From the IMG/VR virus record IMGVR_UViG_3300029776_000155: 64,000 nt of DNA. One strand, written 5' to 3'. The stretch comes from a virus. The notes below the pieces were generated by a model. It ran no database searches, had not been told where the DNA came from, and saw nothing but the letters and a program-made list of their open reading frames with translations. A program made the position numbers and the translations under genes. Shown here one piece after another: positions 48,640 to 59,334 of the stretch (positions within the stretch are counted from its first letter, which is position 1; every line of letters starts with the position of its first letter).

Positions 48640-49210
48640 ACTGCGCGACCGCGCCTATAAAACCGCTTGCGACCACGGTTTCCATGATGAAGAATTGAGT
48701 AATGAACATTGTCTTTGCCTTGTAATATCCGAGCTTATGGAAGCTGTGGAAGCAGATAGAAAGGGAAGATTAGGAAAGAAATGTAAATCACGTTTTGAAA
48801 TGGATTATAATCGCTATCCTGCATTAGTGGAAGAAGAAAAGCGATTTAAGTGTTCCTTTGAAAAGAATGTAAAAGATACACTTCCCGATGAACTTGCCGA
48901 TGCAGCTATACGCCTGCTTGATTTGTGCGGATTGCGTAAGATAGACATTGAGGACTTTACGGAAGAAATGCTGTACGAGGCAGAGGAAAGTTGCAATGAT
49001 GAGACCTTTACAGAAAGTGTATACGCTATATCCACAATTCCCATCAGATATGAGTATGAATACGACTATCCATTAGGAGGGCAATTAAACAGCATGCTAT
49101 TGGCTATTTTCGGGCTTGCTAAACATTTGGACATAGACCTTATATGGCATATCAATCAGAAGATGAGATACAATGAATTGAGAGAAAACAAACATGGAAA
49201 AAAGTATTAA
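48626..49210 (+). CDS. MazG-like nucleotide pyrophosphohydrolase (tentative)
   Basis: 194 aa. Helical EE/EExxD pattern (LVISELMEAVEADRKG ... DELADAAIRLLDL) resembles the all-alpha NTP-PPase fold. Confidence 0.4.
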   Translation: MNLNELRDRAYKTACDHGFHDEELSNEHCLCLVISELMEAVEADRKGRLGKKCKSRFEMDYNRYPALVEEEKRFKCSFEKNVKDTLPDELADAAIRLLDLCGLRKIDIEDFTEEMLYEAEESCNDETFTESVYAISTIPIRYEYEYDYPLGGQLNSMLLAIFGLAKHLDIDLIWHINQKMRYNELRENKHGKKY

Positions 49211-49703
49211 ACGGGCGCCCTTTACTCTTATGGATGACCCGCATTACTACCCGTTCTGTAAGTTTCCTGAAAAATATTACTGGAAGATGTCTTTATGGAA
49301 AGATAGAGACAAAGTTAAATCACGCACATTCTTAGGATGGTGTATGCGAGTAATAGAAAAGGTGTACTTAGCAATGCAAACAGAGCCAACCATTCTACAA
49401 ACTCCTTCTTCCTTGACAAGCCGGTATGTACCTCCGACACCAGACGATCTGTATTCAATGCAGATAATAATTCCCTCTCAACCTCTTGCCTGTGACGTTC
49501 AAGAAGAATTGAGTAGTTGTATAAAGTTATACCAGATGTACTCACACCAATGGTCAACACGACTATCAGACAAAGAAATACCACGCGGATACATAGCGGT
49601 TCTTGAACGTTATCATGGAGGGAAACTAATATCCCGCATAGGCTTGAAGACACAATGGTTATGTCACGCCAGAATTCAGATCGTTTCTGAAAGGATTGGA
49701 TAG
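49194..49703 (+). CDS. hypothetical protein
   Basis: 169-aa ORF. Confidence 0.35.
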   Translation: MEKSIKRAPFTLMDDPHYYPFCKFPEKYYWKMSLWKDRDKVKSRTFLGWCMRVIEKVYLAMQTEPTILQTPSSLTSRYVPPTPDDLYSMQIIIPSQPLACDVQEELSSCIKLYQMYSHQWSTRLSDKEIPRGYIAVLERYHGGKLISRIGLKTQWLCHARIQIVSERIG

Positions 49704-49853
49704 ATAAATTGCTGATTTCATTATGAATATCTTCATAATATTTCGTAGGTATTTTGTACATGCTTAGAAATATATATAACAAATAATAGCAGTAAATATG
49801 GTATTTATTATTACAGTTGGATGCAAATTTAATAATAATTTTAGTATAATATA

Positions 49854-50363
49854 TTGAACATGAAAATCATATTTCTTGATATAGACGGAGTAATTTCCAC
49901 GGAAAAGTCGCATTATACACTTGATAAGGATGCGTGTGATTTACTTGGTAAGATTATAGATGCTACAGATGCCAATATTGTCATTTCTTCGTCTTGGAGA
50001 AGAAACACGGTAGAAGATACAAAAAGGGAATTAACAACCATAAGACATTCAGTCCCGTTTCCATTTCCATACGCTGATAGAATTGTAGGAGTAACTATAA
50101 GAGCGTATGCCTACATTATGCAAGGTATTCATCTTAGCATTCCTCGTGGAGTTGAGATAAAACAATGGATCGACACCCATATCCACTCTGAAAATGGAAA
50201 AAATTGGAACTATAAAGAGATTGGGGTTGATTTTAATTACGTGATACTGGATGATGATAGCGATATGCTTCTTGAACAAGCTGAACACCTTGTAAAGACT
50301 GATACCCTATTGGGATTGTCGAAAGATGATGTTGAGCAAGCTATTAAAATATTGAACCAATGA
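49854..50363 (+). CDS. HAD-superfamily phosphatase-like protein
   Basis: 169 aa. N-terminal motif I FLDIDGV. Asp-rich C-terminal motif ILDDDSD. Confidence 0.55.
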   Translation: MNMKIIFLDIDGVISTEKSHYTLDKDACDLLGKIIDATDANIVISSSWRRNTVEDTKRELTTIRHSVPFPFPYADRIVGVTIRAYAYIMQGIHLSIPRGVEIKQWIDTHIHSENGKNWNYKEIGVDFNYVILDDDSDMLLEQAEHLVKTDTLLGLSKDDVEQAIKILNQ

Positions 50364-50408
50364 GAAAGGTAGTTATTTCATAATAATGTATATAAACGAA
50401 TATAATCA

Positions 50409-50648
50409 ATGAACAAAGAAAGAAAAGGTAGATTCAACGATGTCATAAATTTACTGGAAGATGCCAAAGGGGAGCTGGAGGACATCTTAAACGAGGAACA
50501 GGATGCCTATGACTCCTTATCGGATGGGCTTCAAATGTCTTCCAGAGGAGAAAAAATGCAGGAGTATATTGACTTGACCGATGACTGCATAGGGAAGATA
50601 AATGTGGTGATTGATTTTGTGGAAAGGGAGATTGTGAAGAAAAATTAG
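50409..50648 (+). CDS. hypothetical small acidic protein
   Basis: 79-aa ORF. Confidence 0.3.
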   Translation: MNKERKGRFNDVINLLEDAKGELEDILNEEQDAYDSLSDGLQMSSRGEKMQEYIDLTDDCIGKINVVIDFVEREIVKKN

Positions 50649-50711
50649 ATGCTTTATTTGTGTATATCCAATAGGTTTCTTATTTTTGCTGTAACATTAA
50701 TTTATAAATAC

Positions 50712-51155
50712 ATGAATAGAGAAGAATTCTGCAAAATCATTACAGATATACGGAAGAGATCTTCCATTAAGATGAAAGATATTTGTTTTCAAATGGGAGT
50801 CATGCCTACTGCTGTGTATCGTTTAGAAAAAGGAAGTTCCAACTTTGAAATGGGGAATATGATGTCATATATAAAAGCCCTACACCATACTCTTGTAATC
50901 AGAAACGAACAGCATTCATATCATACAAATGACGCGCAAGAATTAGGATGTATATTGGCATTAATTCGTAAAGAAAAAAAAATATCGCAGAGAGCTTTGG
51001 CAAAAGAAGCGGGATATGCACACCTTACAATTGCTAATATTGAAAGAAAAGCTACAATTATAAGCATAGACACTTTGCTTAAAATTGTGGATGTTTTAGG
51101 TTATGATATTAAAATAGAAAATAATGAGCATTCTGGCATTTCATTAAAACTTTAA
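50712..51155 (+). CDS. XRE-family transcriptional regulator with two HTH domains
   Basis: Two HTH blocks: ...SSIKMKDICFQMGVMPTAVYRLEKG... and ...KKISQRALAKEAGYAHLTIANIERK. Start set at MNREEF. Confidence 0.55.
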   Translation: MNREEFCKIITDIRKRSSIKMKDICFQMGVMPTAVYRLEKGSSNFEMGNMMSYIKALHHTLVIRNEQHSYHTNDAQELGCILALIRKEKKISQRALAKEAGYAHLTIANIERKATIISIDTLLKIVDVLGYDIKIENNEHSGISLKL

Positions 51156-51168
51156 AAAAGGAGAACTG

Positions 51169-51432
51169 ATGGTTACGTTTATTTGTATTATCATATGGAT
51201 GGTGGCAGAATTTTGTATTGCTGTTATGTGTGAGTTTTCTTTAGAAAAAGAAAAAGACCAACATGTTTCATGGAAAAGATATTGTATTGGTATATTGTTA
51301 TCCTGTCTACTTACTTATTTTCTTTTATATATGCACAACGAACACTATGAATTATTATCTGATTTTTTCTTGGCTGTAGGGCTAATTTGTGTTATTATTT
51401 ACGCCATTTCTATGGCCTTTGCTAAGCGATAA
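51169..51432 (+). CDS. small membrane protein
   Basis: 87 aa, three TM segments. Confidence 0.3.
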   Translation: MVTFICIIIWMVAEFCIAVMCEFSLEKEKDQHVSWKRYCIGILLSCLLTYFLLYMHNEHYELLSDFFLAVGLICVIIYAISMAFAKR

Positions 51433-51467
51433 AATACCAGACCTATCAATACCTGAAAAAAGAAGAC

Positions 51468-52121
51468 ATGTATCCACACGATAATATTTTCAATATTTAT
51501 TACAATATAGGAAAACGAACTCCATTTTTAGTTAAACGATGTGAGGTGGGATTGGTACGCTCCGCCAGCGAAGAAAGACGTATTGACCCAAACAAAGATC
51601 GGACTTTCTTAGTTGAAATAGTAAAGCCACACGGCAAATATGGTAAGGCTTATGGCAAATGTTTTGTGAACGGTAAGCCTGATGACACATATAGGCAAGA
51701 ATGTTATCCAAATATCAAAGATGAAGAAATACCTTGTGCTGGGTGTGGGGAATGGGTTCTGATTGATGTTCCAGGTGTATCGCTTGATGAAATATTCCCT
51801 ATTCACAAAGCGAGTGATATACTTATGTTTGGTAAATATAAGGGTAAATCTTTTGGTGACATCTACAAAGTAGATTGCCAATATCTTCATTGGTTAGAAG
51901 CAACGGACAGGCTTTTTAAAATTGACTTTGAAGAGCTTAAACAATTATATCCAGGTGTTGAAAAACAAGAAGATATACCTATTGCAGACAAAATAATTGA
52001 TTTTGGAAAATATAAAGGGAAAAAATTTCGTGATATTAAAGATGACATTTCTTATCTTGAATGGCTTGTCTCAATCAACAGAATATCTGCTGAAGACTTC
52101 AAGTTGCTGACTACGGTATAA
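51468..52121 (+). CDS. protein with two FGKYKGK...YL(H/E)WL repeats (DUF3820/QSregVF-like)
   Basis: Tandem motifs FGKYKGKSFGDIYKVDCQYLHWL and FGKYKGKKFRDIKDDISYLEWL. Confidence 0.45.
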   Translation: MYPHDNIFNIYYNIGKRTPFLVKRCEVGLVRSASEERRIDPNKDRTFLVEIVKPHGKYGKAYGKCFVNGKPDDTYRQECYPNIKDEEIPCAGCGEWVLIDVPGVSLDEIFPIHKASDILMFGKYKGKSFGDIYKVDCQYLHWLEATDRLFKIDFEELKQLYPGVEKQEDIPIADKIIDFGKYKGKKFRDIKDDISYLEWLVSINRISAEDFKLLTTV

Positions 52122-52312
52122 CGGATAAATATATTTCGTTTTAATACCATAGAACAAAATAAAAAACGTTCGTTTATTTGAATTCTTTTGGGGTATCACA
52201 TTTGTGTTAAATATTAACCCATAGGTTTATTTATTGTCTAATATATTTGGATAATACGATTGCCAACACTATTTTTGTAAAAAGTATCGTTTAATTCAAG
52301 CATAGAAATATC

Positions 52313-52861
52313 GTGGAAATAGAAAAAATATACCCTCCATATATTTATAGTATTAAATATGATGACGAAGATGTCAATGAATTTGAACGGCTGTTTGAAA
52401 ATTGGAGAGATTTGGATGTAGTCGTAGATTTCTTTGAAAAAAACAAAGAACATCTGAAATCAAAAGTTTGGTCTGCCGTTTGCGAACCAGAAGCCGCTGC
52501 TTATCAGGTATCCGAAGAAGCAGATGATTTGGAAATCTTGTTTCGCAAGTTATATTTCAACGCAAAAGAAAAAAACAAACCGGATTTTGATTCTCACTTT
52601 AAATTTTTGGATGGGAAATATAAATTTGAATTTGAATATGCACCAATGAAGTCTTACGGTACCGAATCCCCCTCTTTCATCCGGCTATATGCTATAAAAA
52701 TGGGAGCAAATAGATATATTATTGTAGGAGGGGGTATTAAACTGTGTAAAACGATACAAGAATCGCCGTATCTAAAAGACCATATTATCCAAAATATAGA
52801 CAAGGTTAGGGCATGGTTAAAGTGTAACGGCATATATGAAGAAGATGAATTTACTAATTAA
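52313..52861 (+). CDS. hypothetical protein
   Basis: 182-aa ORF. Confidence 0.35.
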   Translation: MEIEKIYPPYIYSIKYDDEDVNEFERLFENWRDLDVVVDFFEKNKEHLKSKVWSAVCEPEAAAYQVSEEADDLEILFRKLYFNAKEKNKPDFDSHFKFLDGKYKFEFEYAPMKSYGTESPSFIRLYAIKMGANRYIIVGGGIKLCKTIQESPYLKDHIIQNIDKVRAWLKCNGIYEEDEFTN

Positions 52862-52871
52862 AAAAATAACT

Positions 52872-53294
52872 ATGGCATTTAATTTTGAAAAACTGAATGA
52901 GTTGGCAAAGGACCGTTCACAAGAAGTCATAAGGAAATCCGAGGAACTGGAAAAAAGCAGGGATTGGTTACGGATGTCTCGAATGATAGCGCTTGCAATC
53001 CGATACCATCTACGCAAAGAGGGGATTACACAAAGAGCATTTGCTGATATGCTTGATGTGTCCCCTGCTTATATCGGAAAATTACTGAAGGGCAATGAGA
53101 ACCTCACACTTGAAACGATTTGCCGTGTGCAATCAGCTATAGGCGAAAACCTAATTTCTATTCATCGCCCGTATGAGTGTAAAGTCTCTATTTTATCTTA
53201 TGATATAAACAGCTTTAGTTTTGGTGGAGAAAAAGATAAATATGAGTCTGTCACTACGGTTACAGAATATTCCTCCATTAAAAATGCCGCATAA
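52872..53294 (+). CDS. XRE-family HTH transcriptional regulator
   Basis: HTH ITQRAFADMLDVSPAYIGKLLKGNENLTLETI. Start set at MAFNFEKL. Confidence 0.5.
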   Translation: MAFNFEKLNELAKDRSQEVIRKSEELEKSRDWLRMSRMIALAIRYHLRKEGITQRAFADMLDVSPAYIGKLLKGNENLTLETICRVQSAIGENLISIHRPYECKVSILSYDINSFSFGGEKDKYESVTTVTEYSSIKNAA

Positions 53295-53299
53295 AACAT

Positions 53300-53731
53300 T
53301 TGAATATTATGAAAGATGTGATGTACAGATACGCTAAAATGGAATTGGAACAGTTTGCCATGTTTGAAGAAAACATGAAGGATGAACATGGTGAAATTCA
53401 AGTACAAACAGAGGCGCAGTTTAAGTATGATAAACCCCAACATGTGCTTTGTAGTAAAATTACAGTGACATTTTCCAATGTGGACTCTCCACTGATGAGG
53501 GCTGTCATTGACAGTTATTTCTTGATACACCCAGATTCTATAAGTGGAATTACTGACAGCGAAGGGCATATAATATTCCCGACTAATATTTTAGTACAAT
53601 TTGCTTCTTTGAATTATGGCTCACTTAGAGGGATAATACATTTAAAAACATTAGGCACAAAGTTGTCTGGTTATATCTTACCACCTATATTTTTTAATGA
53701 TATTATTACAAAAGACTATATAGCTGAATAA
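53300..53731 (+). CDS. hypothetical protein
   Basis: 143-aa ORF. Confidence 0.35.
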   Translation: MNIMKDVMYRYAKMELEQFAMFEENMKDEHGEIQVQTEAQFKYDKPQHVLCSKITVTFSNVDSPLMRAVIDSYFLIHPDSISGITDSEGHIIFPTNILVQFASLNYGSLRGIIHLKTLGTKLSGYILPPIFFNDIITKDYIAE

Positions 53732-53774
53732 TCATTGATAAAGCAAAGGTGATAATTTCAAATAATAAATCATT

Positions 53775-54017
53775 ATGGCGGAAGAAAGTAAATACGCATA
53801 TGACGAGGAATCCGTCAAAGCAATCATGCACTGGGCGGAAACAGCACAGTTACCGAAAGAAGTAATATTATCAGAATCCGAACATATCTACGACACATCT
53901 CTATATGTCCGGGCGAACATAAACGACATCAAACAGCATTATCCAGATGCGTTTTATAACCCGGCTATTGACCGGTTGTATCGGTTAAAGGAATTTGTAG
54001 AAGGGGCGGCTGAATAG
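53775..54017 (+). CDS. hypothetical small protein
   Basis: 80-aa ORF. Confidence 0.3.
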   Translation: MAEESKYAYDEESVKAIMHWAETAQLPKEVILSESEHIYDTSLYVRANINDIKQHYPDAFYNPAIDRLYRLKEFVEGAAE

Positions 54018-54106
54018 CCGCTCTTTTTTATGTCTAAATATATTTTTACATAAAAACATAACCCTCCCCTCTTCCATTTTCCTATTCTATAGAAAACGAT
54101 AGGAAA

Positions 54107-54361
54107 ATGGAATACCAAAGTGTAGCAATAATAAAAGATGAAAATGATTCATCTCAAATGTTTATTCTCAATATCGAAAAATTAGCAGAAACGATTGTCA
54201 TTAAAGGAAATGGAACAGAAGACTGCAAAATTAAAGATTTTCTTAAATCAACAATAAAAGAAACTCTTAGCGATATTCTTATAGATTTGTTCCATACAGA
54301 CAACTCCAAACCAGTAATTGTCTACATTAATACTTTGGTATCTGGAATTGTATCTATTTAA
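54107..54361 (+). CDS. hypothetical small protein
   Basis: 84-aa ORF. Confidence 0.3.
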   Translation: MEYQSVAIIKDENDSSQMFILNIEKLAETIVIKGNGTEDCKIKDFLKSTIKETLSDILIDLFHTDNSKPVIVYINTLVSGIVSI

Positions 54362-54546
54362 TGGTTAGACGATTTTAAGAAGTTCCTTCCGTAGTTAGTG
54401 AACGTTATTTATTATAGACTAAAATTTTATTATATGAAAGCTATTATTGAAGCAAAAAAATATAGGGACAGCAATTCTTCGTATATTGTTGTAGAGATAC
54501 GCTTCTTTTGTGTTCCTATATTTTATTATAAAAAGCAATGGGCCTG

Positions 54547-54720
54547 TTAATCTATTTTCACGAAAGCATTTATATTTCCTGTTATTGTTAGATATGCTCC
54601 TTGGGTATTACTCCAGTACACTGCGGTTAAATACTCGTTGTCCTTTTTGTCTATAACAACCATCTTGATTGGATCAATTGTATTAACAATTTGTACGATG
54701 TCTCCAATTTCTATATTCAT
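54547..54720 (-). CDS. small minus-strand ORF (57 aa, MNIEIGDIVQIVNTIDPIKMVVIDKKDNEYLTAVYWSN...)
   Basis: Found by manual translation. Below the 60-aa track cutoff. The only antisense candidate in the array, inside a 750-bp AT-rich gap. Confidence 0.3.
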   Translation of the reverse strand: MNIEIGDIVQIVNTIDPIKMVVIDKKDNEYLTAVYWSNTQGAYLTITGNINAFVKID

Positions 54721-55116
54721 AATGATAAATGTTTATTAATTGAGAAAGTAAAGGTACTGCTATTTATTGACAATTGAATATAATTGTGTATAATTATTTT
54801 TCAAAAAATTACTTGGTTTTCTCAACTACCCCTACCCTATCCCAACTATTACTTAAAAAGGCCGAAGATATGTTCTCCGGTAATGCAGATAAAATTCGTC
54901 AATTTACAAAGTCTTTTTGACTTCTTTTTGATTAGTTCTGTAAACCTTGCGATGGCAATTGAAATAATATCATAAATCAAAATAGCATAATTAATCCATG
55001 ATATTTCAAATGCGTCGACAAGGTTTGCTACTAAAAGGGAACCTGCATGACTAATCTTACCATGTTAGTTGAAAATTACATAAATTGCTGAAAATCGCGT
55101 ATAATTATTTATAAAT

Positions 55117-55440
55117 ATGCCAAAAAACAAATTATCCATTACACCTCCAGACAAGAAGAAGACTTTGGAGGCATTTTTTCGTTATTATGAATTAAGTAGT
55201 TTATTATTCGATCAAAAACAAAGCGAAATATATAATGTCACAGATATTCCAAAAACAAATAAGTTTTATAAACCGGCCAAAGACATAGCCAAACAATTGC
55301 AAATTAACTGGAAGACTATGACGCATGAGGAGAGCAACCGTATCATGTTGGCTTTATTAGAAGATTCCTTTAATCTTATACGTGAAATAGAAGATTCTAA
55401 AGCTATAACACTTCAAACTAAAATAATAATAGAAAAATGA
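55117..55440 (+). CDS. hypothetical protein
   Basis: 107-aa ORF. Confidence 0.35.
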   Translation: MPKNKLSITPPDKKKTLEAFFRYYELSSLLFDQKQSEIYNVTDIPKTNKFYKPAKDIAKQLQINWKTMTHEESNRIMLALLEDSFNLIREIEDSKAITLQTKIIIEK

Positions 55441-55799
55441 GTACTGTACAGATTTACGACTTGTATGCTCAAAAGATTGCCGATATAACTAATGTCCCCT
55501 ACCCTTACATTGTTATATTGAGAGACAAGAATTTATTGAATTTAAAGGAAGCAAGAGACAAACTAATCCGGCACGATTATTGGAAATTGGTAAAAACAAA
55601 CAAGTTTACACATAATCAGATCCTTGAAAATCTTGCCGGCATATATGATGTAAACAAACGTCAAATTTTATATGCAATTAAATTTAAACCCAAGCGTACA
55701 TATTATTGTCAGCAATGTGGCTCCCAATTATCTAAAATAAAATTTATCCGGAATAACGGTATATGTGACAGGTGCATTTCTAATCAAATTAAATTATAA
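55437..55799 (+). CDS. hypothetical protein with C-terminal zinc ribbon
   Basis: 120 aa with CQQCGSQL...CDRC. Confidence 0.35.
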   Translation: MSTVQIYDLYAQKIADITNVPYPYIVILRDKNLLNLKEARDKLIRHDYWKLVKTNKFTHNQILENLAGIYDVNKRQILYAIKFKPKRTYYCQQCGSQLSKIKFIRNNGICDRCISNQIKL

Positions 55800-55803
55800 T
55801 TTT

Positions 55804-56121
55804 ATGGACAATCTGTACATTGAAGCGTATAAATTCTATAAAGAAGAATGCGCAAATAGTTTGGTATTATTTCATAACCAATCTTGTTTTGAAGCCTATG
55901 AAGAGGATGCTATTCGATTAAGCAATCCCCTTAACCTTCCTGTAAGCTATAGAGCGGGCATAAAATATTGCGCTTTTCCAGAGGATGCTCTTGAAAACTC
56001 TCTGCCGCTTCTTGTACACATTGGTATTCCAGTTAAAATTGTAGAATACCGTAATGAAAAAGGAGAATTTTCAATCCCAAAAGTGAAACGTATTTTAGAA
56101 GATGAAATCATGGATTATTGA
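55804..56121 (+). CDS. hypothetical protein
   Basis: Start set at MDNLYIE. The track ORF starts at 55765. Confidence 0.3.
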   Translation: MDNLYIEAYKFYKEECANSLVLFHNQSCFEAYEEDAIRLSNPLNLPVSYRAGIKYCAFPEDALENSLPLLVHIGIPVKIVEYRNEKGEFSIPKVKRILEDEIMDY

Positions 56122-56342
56122 GATTTTCGATATACTAATAAAGATTTTTCCAATTCTCTGAAATATAGTTATTTATATTGATTAAATTATTTAGTTTTCG
56201 TTTAATTTAAATATCTGTATTACAATATTTTAAATATAAAATACATTCTAAATTGATTATATTTTCAAAAACAAAATATTACCTTTGCCTCGTCGTCTTA
56301 TAGTTGGCGAGGCTTTTATATGCAAACTAATATCATAGCAAT

Positions 56343-56879
56343 ATGGACAGAATAAAAACAAAGTTGAAATTTACTAAATCAACCGTTTCTGGGTCTTGGG
56401 TGGGATTTATCTCTATCAATACTAAGACCGGTAAAATAAAAGGTGTGAGAGAAGATTCCGAAGAACCCAAATGTGTATGTATTGCATCACGTGAACTGGA
56501 GGCAGTAATCGAACCAGATGTATTATATGATGTGCAAATGATTCCAATGACAAATAATAGACGCGGATTCATTGTTGTTGCAGCAGAGCCACATGCTTTT
56601 GAAGCTAAGATAACTTCTACGGTTGTTAAAAACGCCATATATAAAGTAGAAGTAAAATTTGGGAACAAAACCATAATATATGACCCTATGGACGGTGAAA
56701 GGTTTTCTATTCGTACCATTAGCGGTGTTATAAAGCAACTGGCAAAGCGGAAAGACATTAAAAACCTTTTGCTGGTTATTGAAGATTTTCGTAAAGCAGC
56801 CAATATTGTGTTAACTGTGTTTCAAAATGACGGTCACTATGTCCCCACAAATAAAGCTTATAAAACAACAAAAGCCTAA
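56343..56879 (+). CDS. hypothetical protein
   Basis: 178-aa ORF. A terminator-like hairpin (cctcgtcgtcttatagttggcgagg) lies just upstream. Confidence 0.4.
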   Translation: MDRIKTKLKFTKSTVSGSWVGFISINTKTGKIKGVREDSEEPKCVCIASRELEAVIEPDVLYDVQMIPMTNNRRGFIVVAAEPHAFEAKITSTVVKNAIYKVEVKFGNKTIIYDPMDGERFSIRTISGVIKQLAKRKDIKNLLLVIEDFRKAANIVLTVFQNDGHYVPTNKAYKTTKA

Positions 56880-57069
56880 ATTACCACGAAAGCGGAAAAA
56901 AGCATGTATAAAGGCACAGGGACGTAAATCGTATTACAGTACAGTTAATCTTGCTAAAGTGGATGGCGAATACCCTTGCAAATTTTGGATTAATTCGACA
57001 GTGGAGATGAGACCAACAATGATAAATGGTACTGTAGCTCTTATTCCCACTCCGTCTCAATATTGGTAG
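56827..57069 (+). CDS. hypothetical small basic protein
   Basis: 80-aa ORF. The true start may be internal. Confidence 0.25.
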   Translation: MTVTMSPQIKLIKQQKPKLPRKRKKACIKAQGRKSYYSTVNLAKVDGEYPCKFWINSTVEMRPTMINGTVALIPTPSQYW

Positions 57070-57072
57070 GAT

Positions 57073-57471
57073 ATGATAAGAATCCCAATAGAAGGAATAG
57101 CTACAGATGCAGCTCATTCTGTAAAAAATAAGACAACAGAGTATCAAGGAATAGATTTGCGAACCGGACAACGGATCTTTTATCAGAACCTGGGAAACAA
57201 AACGGTGAATATTGGAGAGTTCTTAGGCGTTGTTGAAGCGGCGAAATACATTATTGAAAACGATTATTCCCCCAGAATTATCTATACAGATAGTATAACA
57301 GCAATAACTTGGTTCCAAAACAAGAAAACGGCATCCAAGAAGAAATGTAAAGAACTTCAGAAAGCCGAGATATTTCTTAAAATTCTTGCATGGGATGTTG
57401 ATACAATTGAGGTCCGGCACTGGAATAACAAAGAATGGGGAGAAACCCCAGCTGATTTTGGGAATAAATAA
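57073..57471 (+). CDS. RNase H-like (ribonuclease HI-type) domain protein
   Basis: 132 aa. The ATDAA...NIGEFLGVVEAAKYI...IYTDSITAITW pattern matches the RNase HI D...E...D core. Confidence 0.5.
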   Translation: MIRIPIEGIATDAAHSVKNKTTEYQGIDLRTGQRIFYQNLGNKTVNIGEFLGVVEAAKYIIENDYSPRIIYTDSITAITWFQNKKTASKKKCKELQKAEIFLKILAWDVDTIEVRHWNNKEWGETPADFGNK

Positions 57472-57517
57472 AACTGTGTTGCCAATCATAAGCAGCTAAT
57501 AATTAAATTATTATACA

Positions 57518-57697
57518 ATGAAAGAACAGCTTATAGACGAAAGGGCAAGTATTATTGCCAATTTAAGACAATTGGTTGAGTCCTTGGTAGAATTAAATGC
57601 GAGAACCAAAGCACACGTGTCTTCCAATAAGACAGACATTAAGAAATTGAAAAAAGATAGTGCAGGTTCAACTCCTGTTTGCGGCACAATGACATAA
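57518..57697 (+). CDS. hypothetical small protein (59 aa)
   Basis: Manual translation: MKEQLIDERASIIANLRQLVESLVELNARTKAH... The 71-aa minus-strand track ORF at 57511-57726 is probably spurious. Confidence 0.3.
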   Translation: MKEQLIDERASIIANLRQLVESLVELNARTKAHVSSNKTDIKKLKKDSAGSTPVCGTMT

Positions 57698-57737
57698 GTC
57701 AATAAGAGTTCTTTGAAATATATCAAATTAATATACG

Positions 57738-57908
57738 ATGAAAAAGTATGTAGAACAATTCTTTTTTATGATAGCTATCTTATTCGTTGGCAATAGGGTA
57801 TTCAACCATATTAACGCTTGGTTGGGAATTGCTATATGTTTTGGGGTTTGCTATCCAGTTATTAACATCATTAAATTAATTATCAAAAAACATGAAGACA
57901 AAGATTAA
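57738..57908 (+). CDS. small membrane protein (56 aa, two TM)
   Basis: Manual translation: MKKYVEQFFFMIAILFVGNRVFNHINAWLGIAICFGVCYPVINIIKLIIKKHEDKD. Confidence 0.3.
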   Translation: MKKYVEQFFFMIAILFVGNRVFNHINAWLGIAICFGVCYPVINIIKLIIKKHEDKD

Positions 57909-58683
57909 GTGTATGTTGGTTGCTTTTATGGCAGCTGTAATTTTTTCATCCTGTGAACGTGTCGCTCCTAACTATGCCGGAGTTCTAATGGAGAACTATG
58001 GTAAAGATGGTAAGGAGGATTTTAAGATTGTGTCTGGGAAGGTATCTACATGGGAATGGGGAACCGAATTGTTTCAGGTGCCGTTGTTTGAACAACGTGG
58101 CGGATTTCAGAAATCAGTAACGTTAAAAGCGGCCGATAACACAGAGTTCAACGCTACCCCTCTATATTCATATAGAGTTATTAAAGACAAAGCGATTGAT
58201 GTTGTATTTGATAATAAGCATATCGGAAACGGGGATGGATTTATGAGATCTTTAGAGGATAACATTCTTGAACCGCGCATTTATGACCTTATTAAAGAAG
58301 AAAGCCGAAAATATAAAACCGATACGCTTATGGCTGATGGCGGCTCTTTAGCTTTTGAAAAGAAACTGGAGGATATTGTTAGAACAGAATTTAGAGACCG
58401 TGGCTTGGACTTAAAATCATTTTCAGCTCAATTAGAATTTAGCGATCGAGTAAGAGAAAAAATTGATAATAGAAACGAGGTTAATACTAATATCTCTGTC
58501 ATAGATCAAAAAATCGAAGAGCAGAAAAAGCAAAACGAATTGGAAAGGTTAAAGACAGAGCAGGCTCTTATTGCCTCAAAGGGGTTGACAAAGGAAATTC
58601 TATACAAACAGTTTATTGATAAATGGGATGGGAAAACACCTTTATACGGGGTGACTCCAGAATTTCTTAAAATAACCAATTAA
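57892..58683 (+). CDS. lipoprotein, SPFH/band-7-like (tentative)
   Basis: 263 aa. Signal peptide plus SSC lipobox. Prohibitin-like central region with coiled-coil tail. A terminator hairpin (atccgcttcctt...aaggaagcggat) follows. Confidence 0.4.
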   Translation: MKTKIKCMLVAFMAAVIFSSCERVAPNYAGVLMENYGKDGKEDFKIVSGKVSTWEWGTELFQVPLFEQRGGFQKSVTLKAADNTEFNATPLYSYRVIKDKAIDVVFDNKHIGNGDGFMRSLEDNILEPRIYDLIKEESRKYKTDTLMADGGSLAFEKKLEDIVRTEFRDRGLDLKSFSAQLEFSDRVREKIDNRNEVNTNISVIDQKIEEQKKQNELERLKTEQALIASKGLTKEILYKQFIDKWDGKTPLYGVTPEFLKITN

Positions 58684-58730
58684 CAATATCCGCTTCCTTA
58701 AATAACAAATACCAAGGAAGCGGATTTAAA

Positions 58731-58804
58731 GGACCGGTAGCTCAGTTGGTCAGAGCAGCAAACTCATAATTTGAAGGTCAAGAGTTCAATTCTCTTCCGG
58801 TCCA
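58731..58804 (+). tRNA. tRNA-Met/Ile2 (anticodon CAT)
   Basis: Cloverleaf folded by hand. Acceptor GGACCGG/CCGGTCC, D-arm GCTC..GAGC, anticodon loop CTCATAA, T-arm AAGAG-TTCAATT-CTCTT. Confidence 0.75.
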
Positions 58805-58872
58805 CACCACATAGGTTATTTAGTAGTAGTAGTATTCTTCCCCCAATTCGTTGTGAAATGCGTTGGGGTGTT

Positions 58873-58946
58873 GTTCTGGTAATTCAGCAGGTTAGAATGC
58901 GACACTGACACTGTCGAAGTCGGTGGTTCAAGTCCATCCCAGAACA
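58873..58946 (+). tRNA. tRNA-Val (GAC)
   Basis: Acceptor GTTCTGG/CCAGAAC, anticodon stem CGACA/TGTCG with loop CTGACAC, T-arm GGTGG-TTCAAGT-CCATC. Confidence 0.7.
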
Positions 58947-59334
58947 CACGGTTTACAACGTTCTTTGACATTTTGAAAAAAAGAGGAAGCAATGTGCTAT
59001 GAAGTTTTCATATAACTTCATGGAAACAACTGTAAACGAACCGGTCACCGTTGCACATTGCCTTTATTCCTCAAATCAAATGTTTCGTTCTTGCAGATTT
59101 TCGCTACCCACAATGGTACCAAGTTGTGTGACCGGCCACGAAGGTGATGCTGCAAGATACGACCGTTATTTTTGACTGGGTTTAACGGCGACCCTTAACC
59201 TCGGCTATAAGGAGCCTTATCTCCTTTATAAGCCACGCCAATGCGCAGATTGGCAAGGTTATATTCAACAACGTTTCCATTGCGGTTGCAAAGTTAAGAC
59301 TTTTAGTCAAAAGCCGGTGAAAATCCGGCAATTT